From the NCBI GenBank assembly GCA_030696105.1, contig JAUYNJ010000001.1, forward strand, positions 66,747 to 130,746: a stretch of 64,000 nucleotides of DNA. The letters are read 5' to 3'. The notes under the pieces were generated by a model that saw only the letters and a list, made by a program, of their open reading frames with translations, was not told the DNA's origin and did no database searches. This DNA comes from a bacterium. GTDB lineage: Bacteria; Patescibacteriota; Patescibacteriia; Patescibacteriales; UBA12465. The translations under genes and the position numbers were made by a program. Shown here one piece after another: positions 27,141 through 36,317 of the stretch (within the stretch, counting starts at the first letter, position 1; every line of letters starts with the position of its first letter).

Positions 27141-28451
27141 ATGATGATTGAATCACAAAATATTGCCTTGCTCGGTTTGGGCAAAGATAACCTGGCGCTA
27201 CTCAGCTGGCTTTTTAAGCACGGCTACAGAGGAAAGGTCGCGATTTGTGATCGCCGGACAAAAAAAATTCTCGAAGGCGTATTAAAAGAAGCTGGGATTA
27301 ATAAACGTATAAAACTAGAATGGCGAACAGAGAGAAAGTTCAATCAGAAACTGAGTGATTTTGAATTATTATTCCGTTCTCCAGGCTGGCCCCTGGCCTG
27401 CCCCGGAGTTCAAGAAGCACTCGCCAATAATGTTTTAGTAACAAGTGCCATGGAATTATTCTATGCCGTTTGTCCGAGCAAAAATACTATTGGTGTGACC
27501 GGCAGCAAGGGCAAAGGCACAACCGCTACGCTTATTGCTACGATTTTAAAAAAAGCTGGAAAAAAAGTTTGGCTCGGTGGCAACATAGGTATCGCCCCAT
27601 TCACTTTCTTCGATAAAATAAAAAAAACAGACTGGGTGGTAATGGAATTATCTAGCTTTCAGCTTGAAGATCTTGTTGTTGGGCCTAAGTATTCAGTGAT
27701 CACAAATTTATTTCATGAACATCTGTCCCCTGCCGACCCCAATAACCCAAACTATCACCACAGCTTTAAAGATTACTTTCAGGCAAAATTAAACATTGCT
27801 AATCATCCTGACAATAAGCTTTTAGTCATCAACAAAAATCTTAAAGTTAAAATAAGCAAAGAAAGCTTGCCTGGCAAAACTATTTTCTTCACTGATAAAA
27901 AATTAGAAACAAAATTGCGCGGTGATTATAACAATGAAAATATTGGCGCTGCCTATGCGCTTTGTGCATATTTAAAAATACCTGAACGCACCATTAAACT
28001 AGCAATTAAAAATTTCGGTAATCTTGAACACCGCCTTGAATTTGTAATTGAGAAAAAAGGCGTAAAATATTTTGATAATAGTTTTGCGACCACTCCCGAG
28101 AGCACTGCGCTAGACCTACTATCATTCTCAGAACCTATAATCCAAATTGCCGGCGGTGCAGATAAAGGAGCCGACTTTAAGCCCCTAGCAAAAGTGATAA
28201 CAAAAAAAACTAAGTGCTTGATTTTACTTCCAGGTGAAGCAACAAAACGTCTCGGCAATGAAGTTAGAAAAGCAGGACTAAAAAAAGAAAAAATCTTTGC
28301 GGCCACCAGCATGGCTGAAGCTGTTACCATCGCCCGCGGTCAATCAAAACCTGGTGATGTTATTTTACTCTCCACTGCCTGCGCCAGTTTCGGAATTTTT
28401 AAGAATTACAAAGACCGTGGCGATCAGTTTAAACTATATGCCAAAAAGTAA
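27141..28451 (+). CDS. murD: UDP-N-acetylmuramoylalanine--D-glutamate ligase
   Basis: The Mur ligase P-loop GVTGSKGKGTT is present, the length is 436 aa, and the gene neighbours murI. Confidence 0.85.
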   Translation: MMIESQNIALLGLGKDNLALLSWLFKHGYRGKVAICDRRTKKILEGVLKEAGINKRIKLEWRTERKFNQKLSDFELLFRSPGWPLACPGVQEALANNVLVTSAMELFYAVCPSKNTIGVTGSKGKGTTATLIATILKKAGKKVWLGGNIGIAPFTFFDKIKKTDWVVMELSSFQLEDLVVGPKYSVITNLFHEHLSPADPNNPNYHHSFKDYFQAKLNIANHPDNKLLVINKNLKVKISKESLPGKTIFFTDKKLETKLRGDYNNENIGAAYALCAYLKIPERTIKLAIKNFGNLEHRLEFVIEKKGVKYFDNSFATTPESTALDLLSFSEPIIQIAGGADKGADFKPLAKVITKKTKCLILLPGEATKRLGNEVRKAGLKKEKIFAATSMAEAVTIARGQSKPGDVILLSTACASFGIFKNYKDRGDQFKLYAKK

Positions 28452-29259
28452 ACAAACAATTAAAATCGGCGTTTTCGATTCTGGGCTTGGTGGCCTGACT
28501 GTTTTAAAGCATCTTCTCAAAGAATTACCGGCCTACGATTATCTATATCTCGGTGACACCGCCCGCGTCCCTTATGGCAGCCGCTCGGCCGATGTAATAT
28601 ATCGGTATACGGAAGAGGCGGTTGATTTCTTGTTCTCTAAAGGTTGCCAACTTATTATTCTGGCTTGTAATACCTCTTCGTCACAGGCTCTGCGCCGTTT
28701 GCAGCAAGAATATCTGCCCAAGAGATATCCTGACCGCCGTATTCTCGGTGTTATCATCCCCCTCGCCCAAGCCGCCGCTCATAACAACAACATTAGTGTT
28801 ATCGGTACAAAAGCTACAATTTCTTCGGGAGCATATAAGGAGGAGATTTTAAAGATTAATAAAAAAGCCGCGGTGCACAGCAATAGTGCCCCCTTACTTG
28901 TGCCCCTGATTGAGGAAGGTTTAGCTGGTAAAACAGCGACCAACATGATACTCAAAAAGTATCTGCAGCCCTTAAAATTAAAAAGGATTAAGACTCTAAT
29001 TCTTGGTTGCACTCACTACCCTTTTGTTATTAACGATGTGCGCCGCATTATGGGCAAAAACTGTGAGGTGCCCGATCCTGGAAAAATAATCGCCACCAGT
29101 CTTGCTGAATATTTACAAAGACATCCTGAGTTTAATACAGATAATAAATCAGCTGGTAAACGCGAATTTTATTTAACCGATGAACCAAAAAGCTTTAAAG
29201 TTATAGCAGAAAAATTTCTAGGTTCTAAAATTGAGCACATTGATCTCATTGAATTATGA
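28438..29259 (+). CDS. murI: glutamate racemase
   Basis: IGVFDSGLGGLTV and ILACNTSS...LGCTHYP contain the two catalytic Cys motifs. Start set at ATG 28438 (MPKSKQ) rather than the track's 28297, which lies inside murD. Confidence 0.9.
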   Translation: MPKSKQTIKIGVFDSGLGGLTVLKHLLKELPAYDYLYLGDTARVPYGSRSADVIYRYTEEAVDFLFSKGCQLIILACNTSSSQALRRLQQEYLPKRYPDRRILGVIIPLAQAAAHNNNISVIGTKATISSGAYKEEILKINKKAAVHSNSAPLLVPLIEEGLAGKTATNMILKKYLQPLKLKRIKTLILGCTHYPFVINDVRRIMGKNCEVPDPGKIIATSLAEYLQRHPEFNTDNKSAGKREFYLTDEPKSFKVIAEKFLGSKIEHIDLIEL

Positions 29260-30224
29260 TATTCCTCCTCCATGGCGCAGACTCTTTTCGTCGCCGACAA
29301 AAACTGAATGAACTGAAAAGTCGTTTTATGGCCGCGGTTGATAGCCTCGGTCAGAGTTTGATTGTTATCGATGGTAAAACGACTGATGCGCGGGAACTGC
29401 AAGACAAAATTAGTGCCGGTTCTTTGTTCACTAAGAAAAGAATGATTGTGATTGAAGATATTTTTCAGAACAAAAGTGAAACCGTTTTCACCTCCCTTCT
29501 TACACTCTGTGAAAAGCATGCCGGCGCTGAAGATAACGCCATTATTTTTAACGAAGGTGAAATTGCACCAACGAAAATAAAAGCGGACGCTAAAAAACTT
29601 TTTGCCTGGTTACAGAAACAACCCTTCGTTCAAGAATTTAAACCCCTTAACAACAGTCAAGTTATTGATTACGCCAAGAAAGCTATCACTGCGAAGGGTG
29701 GACAAATTAGTCCTGGCGCCTTATCGTTACTCATTACTAGAACCGGCAATGATCTGTGGCGACTTGATAATGAAATCTCAAAACTGGTGGCCGCCAGCTC
29801 TGGAAAAATAATCGACAACGCCCTGGTGCTTGATTTAGTGAAAGGTGAAGTTGAAGATAATATCTTTGCTCTCACTGATGCGCTTGGCAGTAAAAACAGT
29901 AATACTGCTCTCCAGCTACTCGAAGAACAGTTTGCTGCTGGTTTAAGTGCTGAATATTTACTTGCGATGTTTCAAAGGCAGTTTAAAATAATGCTGCAGA
30001 TAAAAACAATTCAGGCAGCAGAACGTCTTAGTGAAGCGCAAATTGCTACTAAACTAAAGCTCCATCCATTTGTCGTTAAGAAGAGTCTATCCCAAAGCAG
30101 TCGCTTCACACTCGTTGAGCTGCAAAACGGCCTTGAACGACTCCTCAAGCTTGATTATCTCAATAAGCAAGGACGAGCTGATATTAAAAGCGAACTTTAC
30201 GTGATAGTGGCTTCACTGCGCTAA
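29256..30224 (+). CDS. holA: DNA polymerase III delta subunit
   Basis: The N-terminus MIFLLHGADSFRRRQKL and overall HolA-like layout fit. The ATGA start overlaps the murI stop. Confidence 0.75.
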   Translation: MIFLLHGADSFRRRQKLNELKSRFMAAVDSLGQSLIVIDGKTTDARELQDKISAGSLFTKKRMIVIEDIFQNKSETVFTSLLTLCEKHAGAEDNAIIFNEGEIAPTKIKADAKKLFAWLQKQPFVQEFKPLNNSQVIDYAKKAITAKGGQISPGALSLLITRTGNDLWRLDNEISKLVAASSGKIIDNALVLDLVKGEVEDNIFALTDALGSKNSNTALQLLEEQFAAGLSAEYLLAMFQRQFKIMLQIKTIQAAERLSEAQIATKLKLHPFVVKKSLSQSSRFTLVELQNGLERLLKLDYLNKQGRADIKSELYVIVASLR

Positions 30225-30327
30225 ATAAATGGCCTAAAATAACTCTTGCTTTTTTGTTTGCCTTCTGTTATATTTTAGCAAGAAGTTGCCGAAAACTTAT
30301 TTTTTAGTGTTACTTTTGGAAAATAAA

Positions 30328-30401
30328 GGGCAATTAGCTCAGTTGGTTAGAGCGCAACACTGATAATGTTGAGGTCGGAGGTTCGAATCCTCCATTGCCC
30401 A
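30328..30401 (+). tRNA. tRNA-Ile (anticodon GAT)
   Basis: A manual cloverleaf fits: GGGCAAT...ATTGCCC acceptor, anticodon loop CTGATAA, T-loop GGTTCGAATCC. Confidence 0.9.
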
Positions 30402-30426
30402 CCTCATAATTAAAATCTTAAATGAT

Positions 30427-30499
30427 CGCGGGATAGAGCAGTTGGCAGCTCGCCAGGCCCATAACCTGGAGGTCGCTGGTTCGAATCCAGCTCCCGCAA
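30427..30499 (+). tRNA. initiator tRNA-fMet (anticodon CAT)
   Basis: The gene starts CGCGGG and ends CCCGCAA, giving the C1:A72 mismatch typical of bacterial initiators. The anticodon loop is CCCATAA. Confidence 0.8.
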
Positions 30500-30512
30500 C
30501 TAGTTAGAGAGA

Positions 30513-30831
30513 GCCTCGGTAGCTCAGTGGTAGAGCAAAGGACTGAATTTCGGTCCGCCCATTGGAAACGGTGGGATGAAAATCGGGTGAATTCGGGGAA
30601 GCCTTAAGCTATTAGCAAAGGTAATCCCGAGCCAAGTTTTGGTCGGGTTTAAGACCAAAAAAGGTGTAGAGACTAGCGGGTGAGCCCAACAATAACCCCG
30701 CCGCGAGCGCCCGACTCCGCCCTTTATTCAATCAGAATAAAACGGAGATGATATAGTCCAATCCTTAGGGAAACCTAAGCTCTGATATAGGAAAATCCTT
30801 GTGTCGTCAGTTCGATTCTGACCCGGGGCAC
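30513..30831 (+). tRNA. tRNA-Phe (anticodon GAA) interrupted by a group I intron between positions 33 and 34
   Basis: Exon 1 (30513-30544, GCCTCGGTAGCTCAGTGGTAGAGCAAAGGACT) and exon 2 (30792-30831, GAAAATCCTTGTGTCGTCAGTTCGATTCTGACCCGGGGCA) join into a canonical tRNA-Phe cloverleaf. Confidence 0.85.
30545..30791 (+). ncRNA. group I intron (IC3-like) in the tRNA-Phe anticodon loop
   Basis: The 5' exon ends in U, which pairs as G.U in P1 (exon GGACU with internal guide GGUCC). The intron ends in G. Core blocks AAUUCGGGGAAGCCUUAAGC, GAGCCAAG and AAGGUGUAGAGACUAG resemble the Azoarcus/cyanobacterial tRNA introns as I recall them. Confidence 0.8.
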
Positions 30832-31173
30832 AAAAGCGTTAGACAAAAGAATGAACCCATGATAAATTGACTACGTAGGGTTCATTTTTTTACGAGAAGC
30901 GATAAATTAGAGGCAATTGAATTAAGGAAAAGGGGGTTCACTTACAGTCAAATAAGCGACAAGCTTGGCGTAGCCAAAAGCACGCTCAGCGTTTGGCTAA
31001 AAGATCTTATCATCGACGAGTCGTCAGCAAATAAGATAAGAAGTCATATTTTTTCAACGCGAATTTCAAAGTTAATAGAAAGAAATAAAGAGCGCTCATT
31101 AATTACGAAAGAAGGACACGCTAGAATTCGCTCTCAAGCATTCCTAGAAGCCAGCAAATACTATAAAGACCCC

Positions 31174-31578
31174 TTGTTTATAACCGGATTAGCATTGTAC
31201 TGGGGAGAAGGTTACAAAAAGGGCGCACTCGGCAGCAAATGGAAGAGCATCGATTTTACTAATGCTGATCCGTCGATGATAGTAGTAATATTAAAATTCT
31301 TTCGCAAGTACCTACCAATTCAGAATTCTGACATAACAATACAAGTAATGCTGCATAGCCCTAAGGTCGAGAAAGCGTGTATTGAATACTGGAAATCAGT
31401 CACCGGCTTAGACAGAACAAGCTTTATTAAAACTTGTTTTGTTATTAGCAAGTCTAGTAAAAAAATTGTAAAGAGCAAGCTTGCAAATGGAACCATTCAT
31501 GTTAGAATAAATAACGTTAAGCACTTTTTTAGATTAATAGGATGGATTGACTTTCTAAAGAAAAAGATGGAAGATTAA
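31174..31578 (+). CDS. LAGLIDADG-like/HTH homing-endonuclease-like protein, possibly a pseudogene or using a non-canonical start
   Basis: The ORF contains GLALYWGEGYKKG. The same frame is open upstream from about 30869 and encodes an HTH (RKRGFTYSQISDKLGVAKSTLSVWLKD), but no ATG/GTG/TTG occurs before TTG 31174. Confidence 0.45.
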   Translation: MFITGLALYWGEGYKKGALGSKWKSIDFTNADPSMIVVILKFFRKYLPIQNSDITIQVMLHSPKVEKACIEYWKSVTGLDRTSFIKTCFVISKSSKKIVKSKLANGTIHVRINNVKHFFRLIGWIDFLKKKMED

Positions 31579-31585
31579 ATATTAT

Positions 31586-31659
31586 CGGGGTATGGCCTAA
31601 TTGGCTAGGGCGCCTGCTTTGGGAGCAGGAGATTCTGGGTTCAAGTCCCAGTACCCCGA
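31586..31659 (+). tRNA. tRNA-Pro (anticodon TGG)
   Basis: A manual cloverleaf fits: CGGGGTA...TACCCCG acceptor, anticodon loop TTTGGGA, T-loop GGTTCAAGTCC. Confidence 0.9.
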
Positions 31660-31677
31660 CGAGTGAAACGAGGAGAG
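31642..31677 (+). repeat. 36-bp direct repeat, copy 1 (3' end of tRNA-Pro plus 18 nt downstream)
   Basis: caagtcccagtaccccgacGagtgaaacgaggagag recurs at 31829-31864 with one mismatch. Confidence 0.9.
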
Positions 31678-31828
31678 GTAAGCAAGCCACCTGCGTGGCT
31701 TGCGTCTGGGATTTGAAAGCCGGAGCGATATGCGGAACGAAAGTGACGCATCGCGAGGCCGGGTCGGGGCGCTTAGTGAGCGAAGTTCGCGATTTTAGCG
31801 AACAAGCGAGACCTCTAGCGACCGTGAC

Positions 31829-31864
31829 CAAGTCCCAGTACCCCGACAAGTGAAACGAGGAGAG
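31829..31864 (+). repeat. 36-bp direct repeat, copy 2 (orphan tRNA-Pro 3' fragment)
   Basis: caagtcccagtaccccgacAagtgaaacgaggagag lacks the 5' half of the T stem, so this is a fragment and not a tRNA. Confidence 0.9.
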
Positions 31865-32057
31865 CCCCGTATAGCTACTTCGCAGCCACGGGGATCTAGC
31901 GCCGTGTCACGTGCCGCAGGCGCGGGACTATACGGTGAAGCCACATTTTTTATAATATTACCATAAATCTGGCATGAAATCGGCCTTGATTTTTATTTAG
32001 TTTTGTGCTAACATAAGATTACTTTTAATAATTTACCCAATATATAATTAATTTCGT

Positions 32058-32318
32058 ATGCCTAATAAGAAATCGGCTAAAAAAGAACTCAGAAAGAGCA
32101 TTAAGCGTGAAACCGCTAACGTTAAAGTAAAAAATATCATGAAGACGGCTGTAAAGAAGTCTCTCAAGAAAATCGAGGCCGCTGACAAGAGCGTCAAGGA
32201 TGATTTTGCTTTGATTATGAAGAATATTGATAAGGCTGCTAAAAAAGGCGTTATCAAGAAGGAAGCTGCTAGCCGCAAAAAATCACGTTTAGCTAAAAAA
32301 ATAAACGCGCTGAAATAA
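32058..32318 (+). CDS. rpsT: 30S ribosomal protein S20
   Basis: MPNKKSAKKELRKSIKRETANVKVKN is a basic 86-aa S20-like N-terminus. Confidence 0.85.
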   Translation: MPNKKSAKKELRKSIKRETANVKVKNIMKTAVKKSLKKIEAADKSVKDDFALIMKNIDKAAKKGVIKKEAASRKKSRLAKKINALK

Positions 32319-32390
32319 GCGCAAACTAATCGTCACTTTTGCTGGGATGAGGGTGAAATTCCCTGTTCTCGGGAAAAGCGCAATAAAAGT

Positions 32391-32771
32391 ATGTTGGACA
32401 AAAAAAGTAAGGAGAAAATCATCAAGAAATACCGTGTTCACGATACTGATACTGGTTCCCCTCAGGTGCAGATTGCCATCTTAACTGAGGAAATTAAAGA
32501 ATTAACCGAACACCTTAAGCTTCACAAGCATGATTATTCCTCACGTCGCGGTTTACTAAAAAAAGTCGGTGAACGTCGCAAACTCCTCAAGTACTTACAG
32601 AAAGAAAGTTTCGAACAATTTAAGGCCTTGGCTGAAAAGCTAAAACTGAAAATTGCCACCAAACTTCAGGCCGAAGAGGAAGAGGAAAAGCTCAAAGAAA
32701 AGAAGTATGGCGTAGTGGATGAAACTGAAGATACTGAGCTAATTGCGGATGCAACCGAAGACAACGCATAA
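32391..32771 (+). CDS. rpsO: 30S ribosomal protein S15 with an acidic C-terminal extension
   Basis: The core is [50 protein letters not shown], followed by a ~40-aa E/K-rich tail. Confidence 0.9.
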   Translation: MLDKKSKEKIIKKYRVHDTDTGSPQVQIAILTEEIKELTEHLKLHKHDYSSRRGLLKKVGERRKLLKYLQKESFEQFKALAEKLKLKIATKLQAEEEEEKLKEKKYGVVDETEDTELIADATEDNA

Positions 32772-32777
32772 TTTAGT

Positions 32778-33302
32778 ATGATAAAACATGAAGAACAACG
32801 CGTCGGCGTCCTGATAGATGTCGCAAACATGTACCACTCCGCCAAGAACCTTTACGGCAGACGCGTTAACTTTAAAGAAATACTTACAAGAGCAGTGGCT
32901 GGTCGGAAACTTATCCGAGCCACTGCTTATGTTATCCGGGCAGAAAGCGAGGAGGAGACCGCTTTCTTTGAGGCTCTGAGCCAACAAGGTTTTGAAGTGC
33001 GCATGAAGGACTTACAAATCTTCGCGGGTGGCGCCAAAAAAGCCGACTGGGATGTTGGCATTGCTATCGACGCTATCAAACTTGCCGATAAACTTGATGT
33101 GATTGTTTTAGTCTCCGGTGATGGTGATTACTTACCGCTAGTTTCTTATTTGCAGAATAATAAGGGTTGCCTGGTTGAGGTGCTCGCCTTCCGCAAGACC
33201 TGCTCTTCAAGATTAGTTGAGGAAGCCGATGATTTCATTGACCTCGGTGGCGATCGTAAATTTTTAATCGGCTCCGCTAAGCCGCGTTTAAATGTAAAAT
33301 AA
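32778..33302 (+). CDS. NYN-domain (LabA/DUF88-like) putative RNase
   Basis: VGVLIDVANMYHS and VLVSGDGDYLPLV are typical of NYN/LabA domains. Confidence 0.7.
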   Translation: MIKHEEQRVGVLIDVANMYHSAKNLYGRRVNFKEILTRAVAGRKLIRATAYVIRAESEEETAFFEALSQQGFEVRMKDLQIFAGGAKKADWDVGIAIDAIKLADKLDVIVLVSGDGDYLPLVSYLQNNKGCLVEVLAFRKTCSSRLVEEADDFIDLGGDRKFLIGSAKPRLNVK

Positions 33303-33401
33303 TGAATAATAAAAAAAGTTAAATAATATAATGTCCTGACCTTTAAATAGATAGTACTGTAGTGATACAGTCCTGTAATTTAGAGGCCAGGCACAAAAAG
33401 T

Positions 33402-35660
33402 ATGGAAAAAATCGTAAGTACTGACTGGCTTGGCCGCCAGCTCACGATTAAGACCGGTAAGTTAGCCTTGCAGGCTGACGCCGCTGTCTTAGTTCAATAC
33501 GGCGAAACTGTCGTCATGGCAACCGTCGTTCAAAATAAGTCTCTCCGCGAAGGGGTAGACTTTTTTCCGTTAATGGTCGAATTTCAGGAGAAGCTTTACG
33601 CCGCCGGGATCATTAAGGGTTCTCGCTGGATTAAACGTGAAGGTCGCCCTACTGACGATTCAGTCTTAACTGGTCGCATGATTGACCGCACTATTCGCCC
33701 GCTCTTTAACCAAGATGATCGTCGCGATATCCAAGTCATTATTACCGCCCTCTCAGTTGACCAAGAAAATGATCATGACGTCCCTTCCCTTATCGCCGCC
33801 TCCGCTGCTTTAGCGATTTCTGGAGCTGATTGGCGCGGTCCAATTGGTGGTGTTCGTGTTGGTATGATTGAAAATGAATTTATTTTCAACCCAACTTATG
33901 TAGAACAGGCAAAAAGTAGTCTTGACCTCATCGTCGCTGGCACTAAGAACAAGACCATCATGATTGAAGCAGCTGGCAATGATGTTTCCGAAGAAATAAT
34001 GTTGAAGGCGATTATTGCTGGACAAGAAAAAATGCAACCAGCCATCGACTTAATTGAAAAATTACAAAAAGAAGTACCTGCTAAACAATTCCGCACCCGT
34101 CAGGTTTTAAAGAGTGAAGACGAGCTTAAAGCTGAACAGGATAAAAAGGCCATGCTCGAATTAAGTTCTGCTTGGCTAAAAGAGAATGTTAAGAACTTCT
34201 TATTTGATCAAGAATACTACACTAAGGGCGAAAGAAAGGGTGCAGTTGTTGCTATTAAGGAACAATTAGACGCGCACTTATTTGAAAAAGGATATTCTCC
34301 TGCTAACCGCTCCTACGCTGTTAAGTCCTTAGTTGAAAAAGCAGTTGATGAAGAAATTACCCGCGCCTTATTAGAAGACGGACGTCGCGTTGATGGTCGT
34401 GCTTTAAATCAAATTCGTGAATTAAATGCTGAAGTTGCCCTCATTCCTCGTGACCACGGCACATCACTTTTCTCTCGTGGTGAAACCCAGGTAATGTCTA
34501 TTGTTACTCTCGGTGCTCCTGGCATGGAACAAACCCTTGAAGGCATGGAAGGACAAAGCAAGAAGCGTTACATGCATCATTACAACTTCCCGCCATACAG
34601 TGTCGGTGAAGCTGCCCCCTTAAGAGGTACTGGGCGTCGCGAAATTGGTCATGGTGCTTTAGCTGAAAAAGCTTTAATGCCAGTTGTCCCTACTCGTGAA
34701 GATTTTCCCTACACTGTGCGTGTAGTTAGCGAAACTCTTGGCTCCAATGGTTCATCTTCAATGGCTTCTACCTGTGCTTCTACTTTAGCCTTAATGGATG
34801 CCGGTGTTCCAATTAAAAGCCCAGTTGTCGGTATCGCCATGGGCCTCGCCTCTTACCCTGACTTAAGTAAATGGAAAGTATTAACTGATATTCAAGACCT
34901 TGAAGACGGTAACGGTGGCATGGACTTCAAAATGACTGGTACTGCTACCGGTTTAACAGCTATTCAGCTCGATACAAAGACTGAAGGTATTACTGCGGAG
35001 ATTATTGAGCAAACACTTAAACAAGGTCGTGAAGCTTTAAACGAAATCTTAAAAGTAATCACCGACGCTATCCCTGCTCCGCGCGCCGAGCTATCCAAAT
35101 ATGCACCTCGCATTATCAGCTTCTATGTCAATCCTGAAAAGATTGGCGCCATCATTGGACCGGGCGGAAAAGTTATTAATAAGATTATTGAAGAAACTGG
35201 TGTCAGCATTGATATCGAAGATGACGGGCTCGTTATGGTCTGCGGTGTCGAAAAAGAAAAAGTCGATGAAGCCGTCGGTAAGGTTAAAGAGATTGTTCAC
35301 GTCTTTGAAGTCGGTGAAATTATTGCTGGCAAAGTCGTACGCATTCTTGACTTCGGCGCTTTCGTTCAATTAAACGCTAGCCAGGACGGCATGGTACACG
35401 TGAGCGAACTTGCTCCCTATCGTGTGGAAAAACCAAGTGACTTCCTCGATGTAGGAGATATCGTCACTGTCCGCATCAAGGAAATTGATGACCAAGGCCG
35501 CGTTAATCTCACCATGAAGAGCTTATTAGAAAACGAAGCGCTTTGGAAAGATGAAAAAGGTAAGTCTACAGGAGAATCAAGACCAAGCAGTGGCGGTTTC
35601 CGTCGCCCAGCACCAGGCGGTCATGGTAACAGCAGTGGTCCTCGAAGACCACGCTTCTAA
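33402..35660 (+). CDS. pnp: polyribonucleotide nucleotidyltransferase (PNPase)
   Basis: The 752-aa product has two RNase PH domains, then KH and S1 domains (GKVVRILDFGAFVQL). It ends in an Arg/Gly/Pro-rich tail. Confidence 0.95.
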   Translation: MEKIVSTDWLGRQLTIKTGKLALQADAAVLVQYGETVVMATVVQNKSLREGVDFFPLMVEFQEKLYAAGIIKGSRWIKREGRPTDDSVLTGRMIDRTIRPLFNQDDRRDIQVIITALSVDQENDHDVPSLIAASAALAISGADWRGPIGGVRVGMIENEFIFNPTYVEQAKSSLDLIVAGTKNKTIMIEAAGNDVSEEIMLKAIIAGQEKMQPAIDLIEKLQKEVPAKQFRTRQVLKSEDELKAEQDKKAMLELSSAWLKENVKNFLFDQEYYTKGERKGAVVAIKEQLDAHLFEKGYSPANRSYAVKSLVEKAVDEEITRALLEDGRRVDGRALNQIRELNAEVALIPRDHGTSLFSRGETQVMSIVTLGAPGMEQTLEGMEGQSKKRYMHHYNFPPYSVGEAAPLRGTGRREIGHGALAEKALMPVVPTREDFPYTVRVVSETLGSNGSSSMASTCASTLALMDAGVPIKSPVVGIAMGLASYPDLSKWKVLTDIQDLEDGNGGMDFKMTGTATGLTAIQLDTKTEGITAEIIEQTLKQGREALNEILKVITDAIPAPRAELSKYAPRIISFYVNPEKIGAIIGPGGKVINKIIEETGVSIDIEDDGLVMVCGVEKEKVDEAVGKVKEIVHVFEVGEIIAGKVVRILDFGAFVQLNASQDGMVHVSELAPYRVEKPSDFLDVGDIVTVRIKEIDDQGRVNLTMKSLLENEALWKDEKGKSTGESRPSSGGFRRPAPGGHGNSSGPRRPRF

Positions 35661-35760
35661 CTTGACTTTTCCCAAGCATTAAGCTAACATTTGTCAATAA
35701 AGAATACAAAAGCGTTATTCGTCTGGAGTTTAACCGATCGGATGCGCCTCACAAACACCT

Positions 35761-36183
35761 ATGTTAATGATAAAATTATCGAAGATTGGTAAAACAAACA
35801 AGAAAGTCTTCCGTTTGATTATCTCTGAAAAGGGACGTGATACCTACGGCAACAACCTTGAAATCCTTGGTTCATACAATCCGTATTCAAAGGAATTGCA
35901 GGTTAAAGGCGACCGCGTTAAGTACTGGCTCAGTAAGGGCGCAGGCATGACTCCAACCATCAATAACCTCCTTGTTTCTAAGGGTATTATTGAAGGCAAG
36001 AAGGTTACCGTCTCCAAAAAAGGTACTGAAAATGAAAAACGCACCGCTCAGTTAAAGAGCAAAGCTGATAAACGCGATGCTGCTGAACAAGCTGCTGCGC
36101 CTGCCCCTGTTGAGGATGTAAAGGCTGAAGCTAGCGAAGTAGCCGAGACTCCCGCCGTCGAAACTCCTGAGGCTCAGGCTTAA
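35761..36183 (+). CDS. rpsP: 30S ribosomal protein S16 with a C-terminal extension
   Basis: The core is MIKLSKIGKTNKKVFRLIISEKGRDTYGNNLEILGSYNP, followed by an Ala/Glu-rich tail. Confidence 0.9.
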   Translation: MLMIKLSKIGKTNKKVFRLIISEKGRDTYGNNLEILGSYNPYSKELQVKGDRVKYWLSKGAGMTPTINNLLVSKGIIEGKKVTVSKKGTENEKRTAQLKSKADKRDAAEQAAAPAPVEDVKAEASEVAETPAVETPEAQA

Positions 36184-36184
36184 A

Positions 36185-36212
36185 TTGACAAACCGGGTGT
36201 AAACGTTATAAT
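36185..36212 (+). promoter_or_regulatory. sigma70-like promoter TTGACA-16-TATAAT upstream of the KH-domain gene
   Basis: Both hexamers match the consensus exactly. A leader of about 100 nt follows. Confidence 0.5.
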
Positions 36213-36317
36213 ATTAGTATAAATCTTGCGAGAGCAGGGTAATATAATTTAAGTCTAGGATCTTTCAAGTTTGGCGAACATCAGTTTGGCTCATTTGAAA
36301 GCCCAGCAACAACAAAT

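Noticed and set aside
28297-28437. Long N-terminal extension of murI proposed by the ORF track
   Set aside because: The extension lies inside the murD coding frame. The conserved MurI N-terminus (IGVFDSGLGGLTV) begins right after the ATG at 28438.
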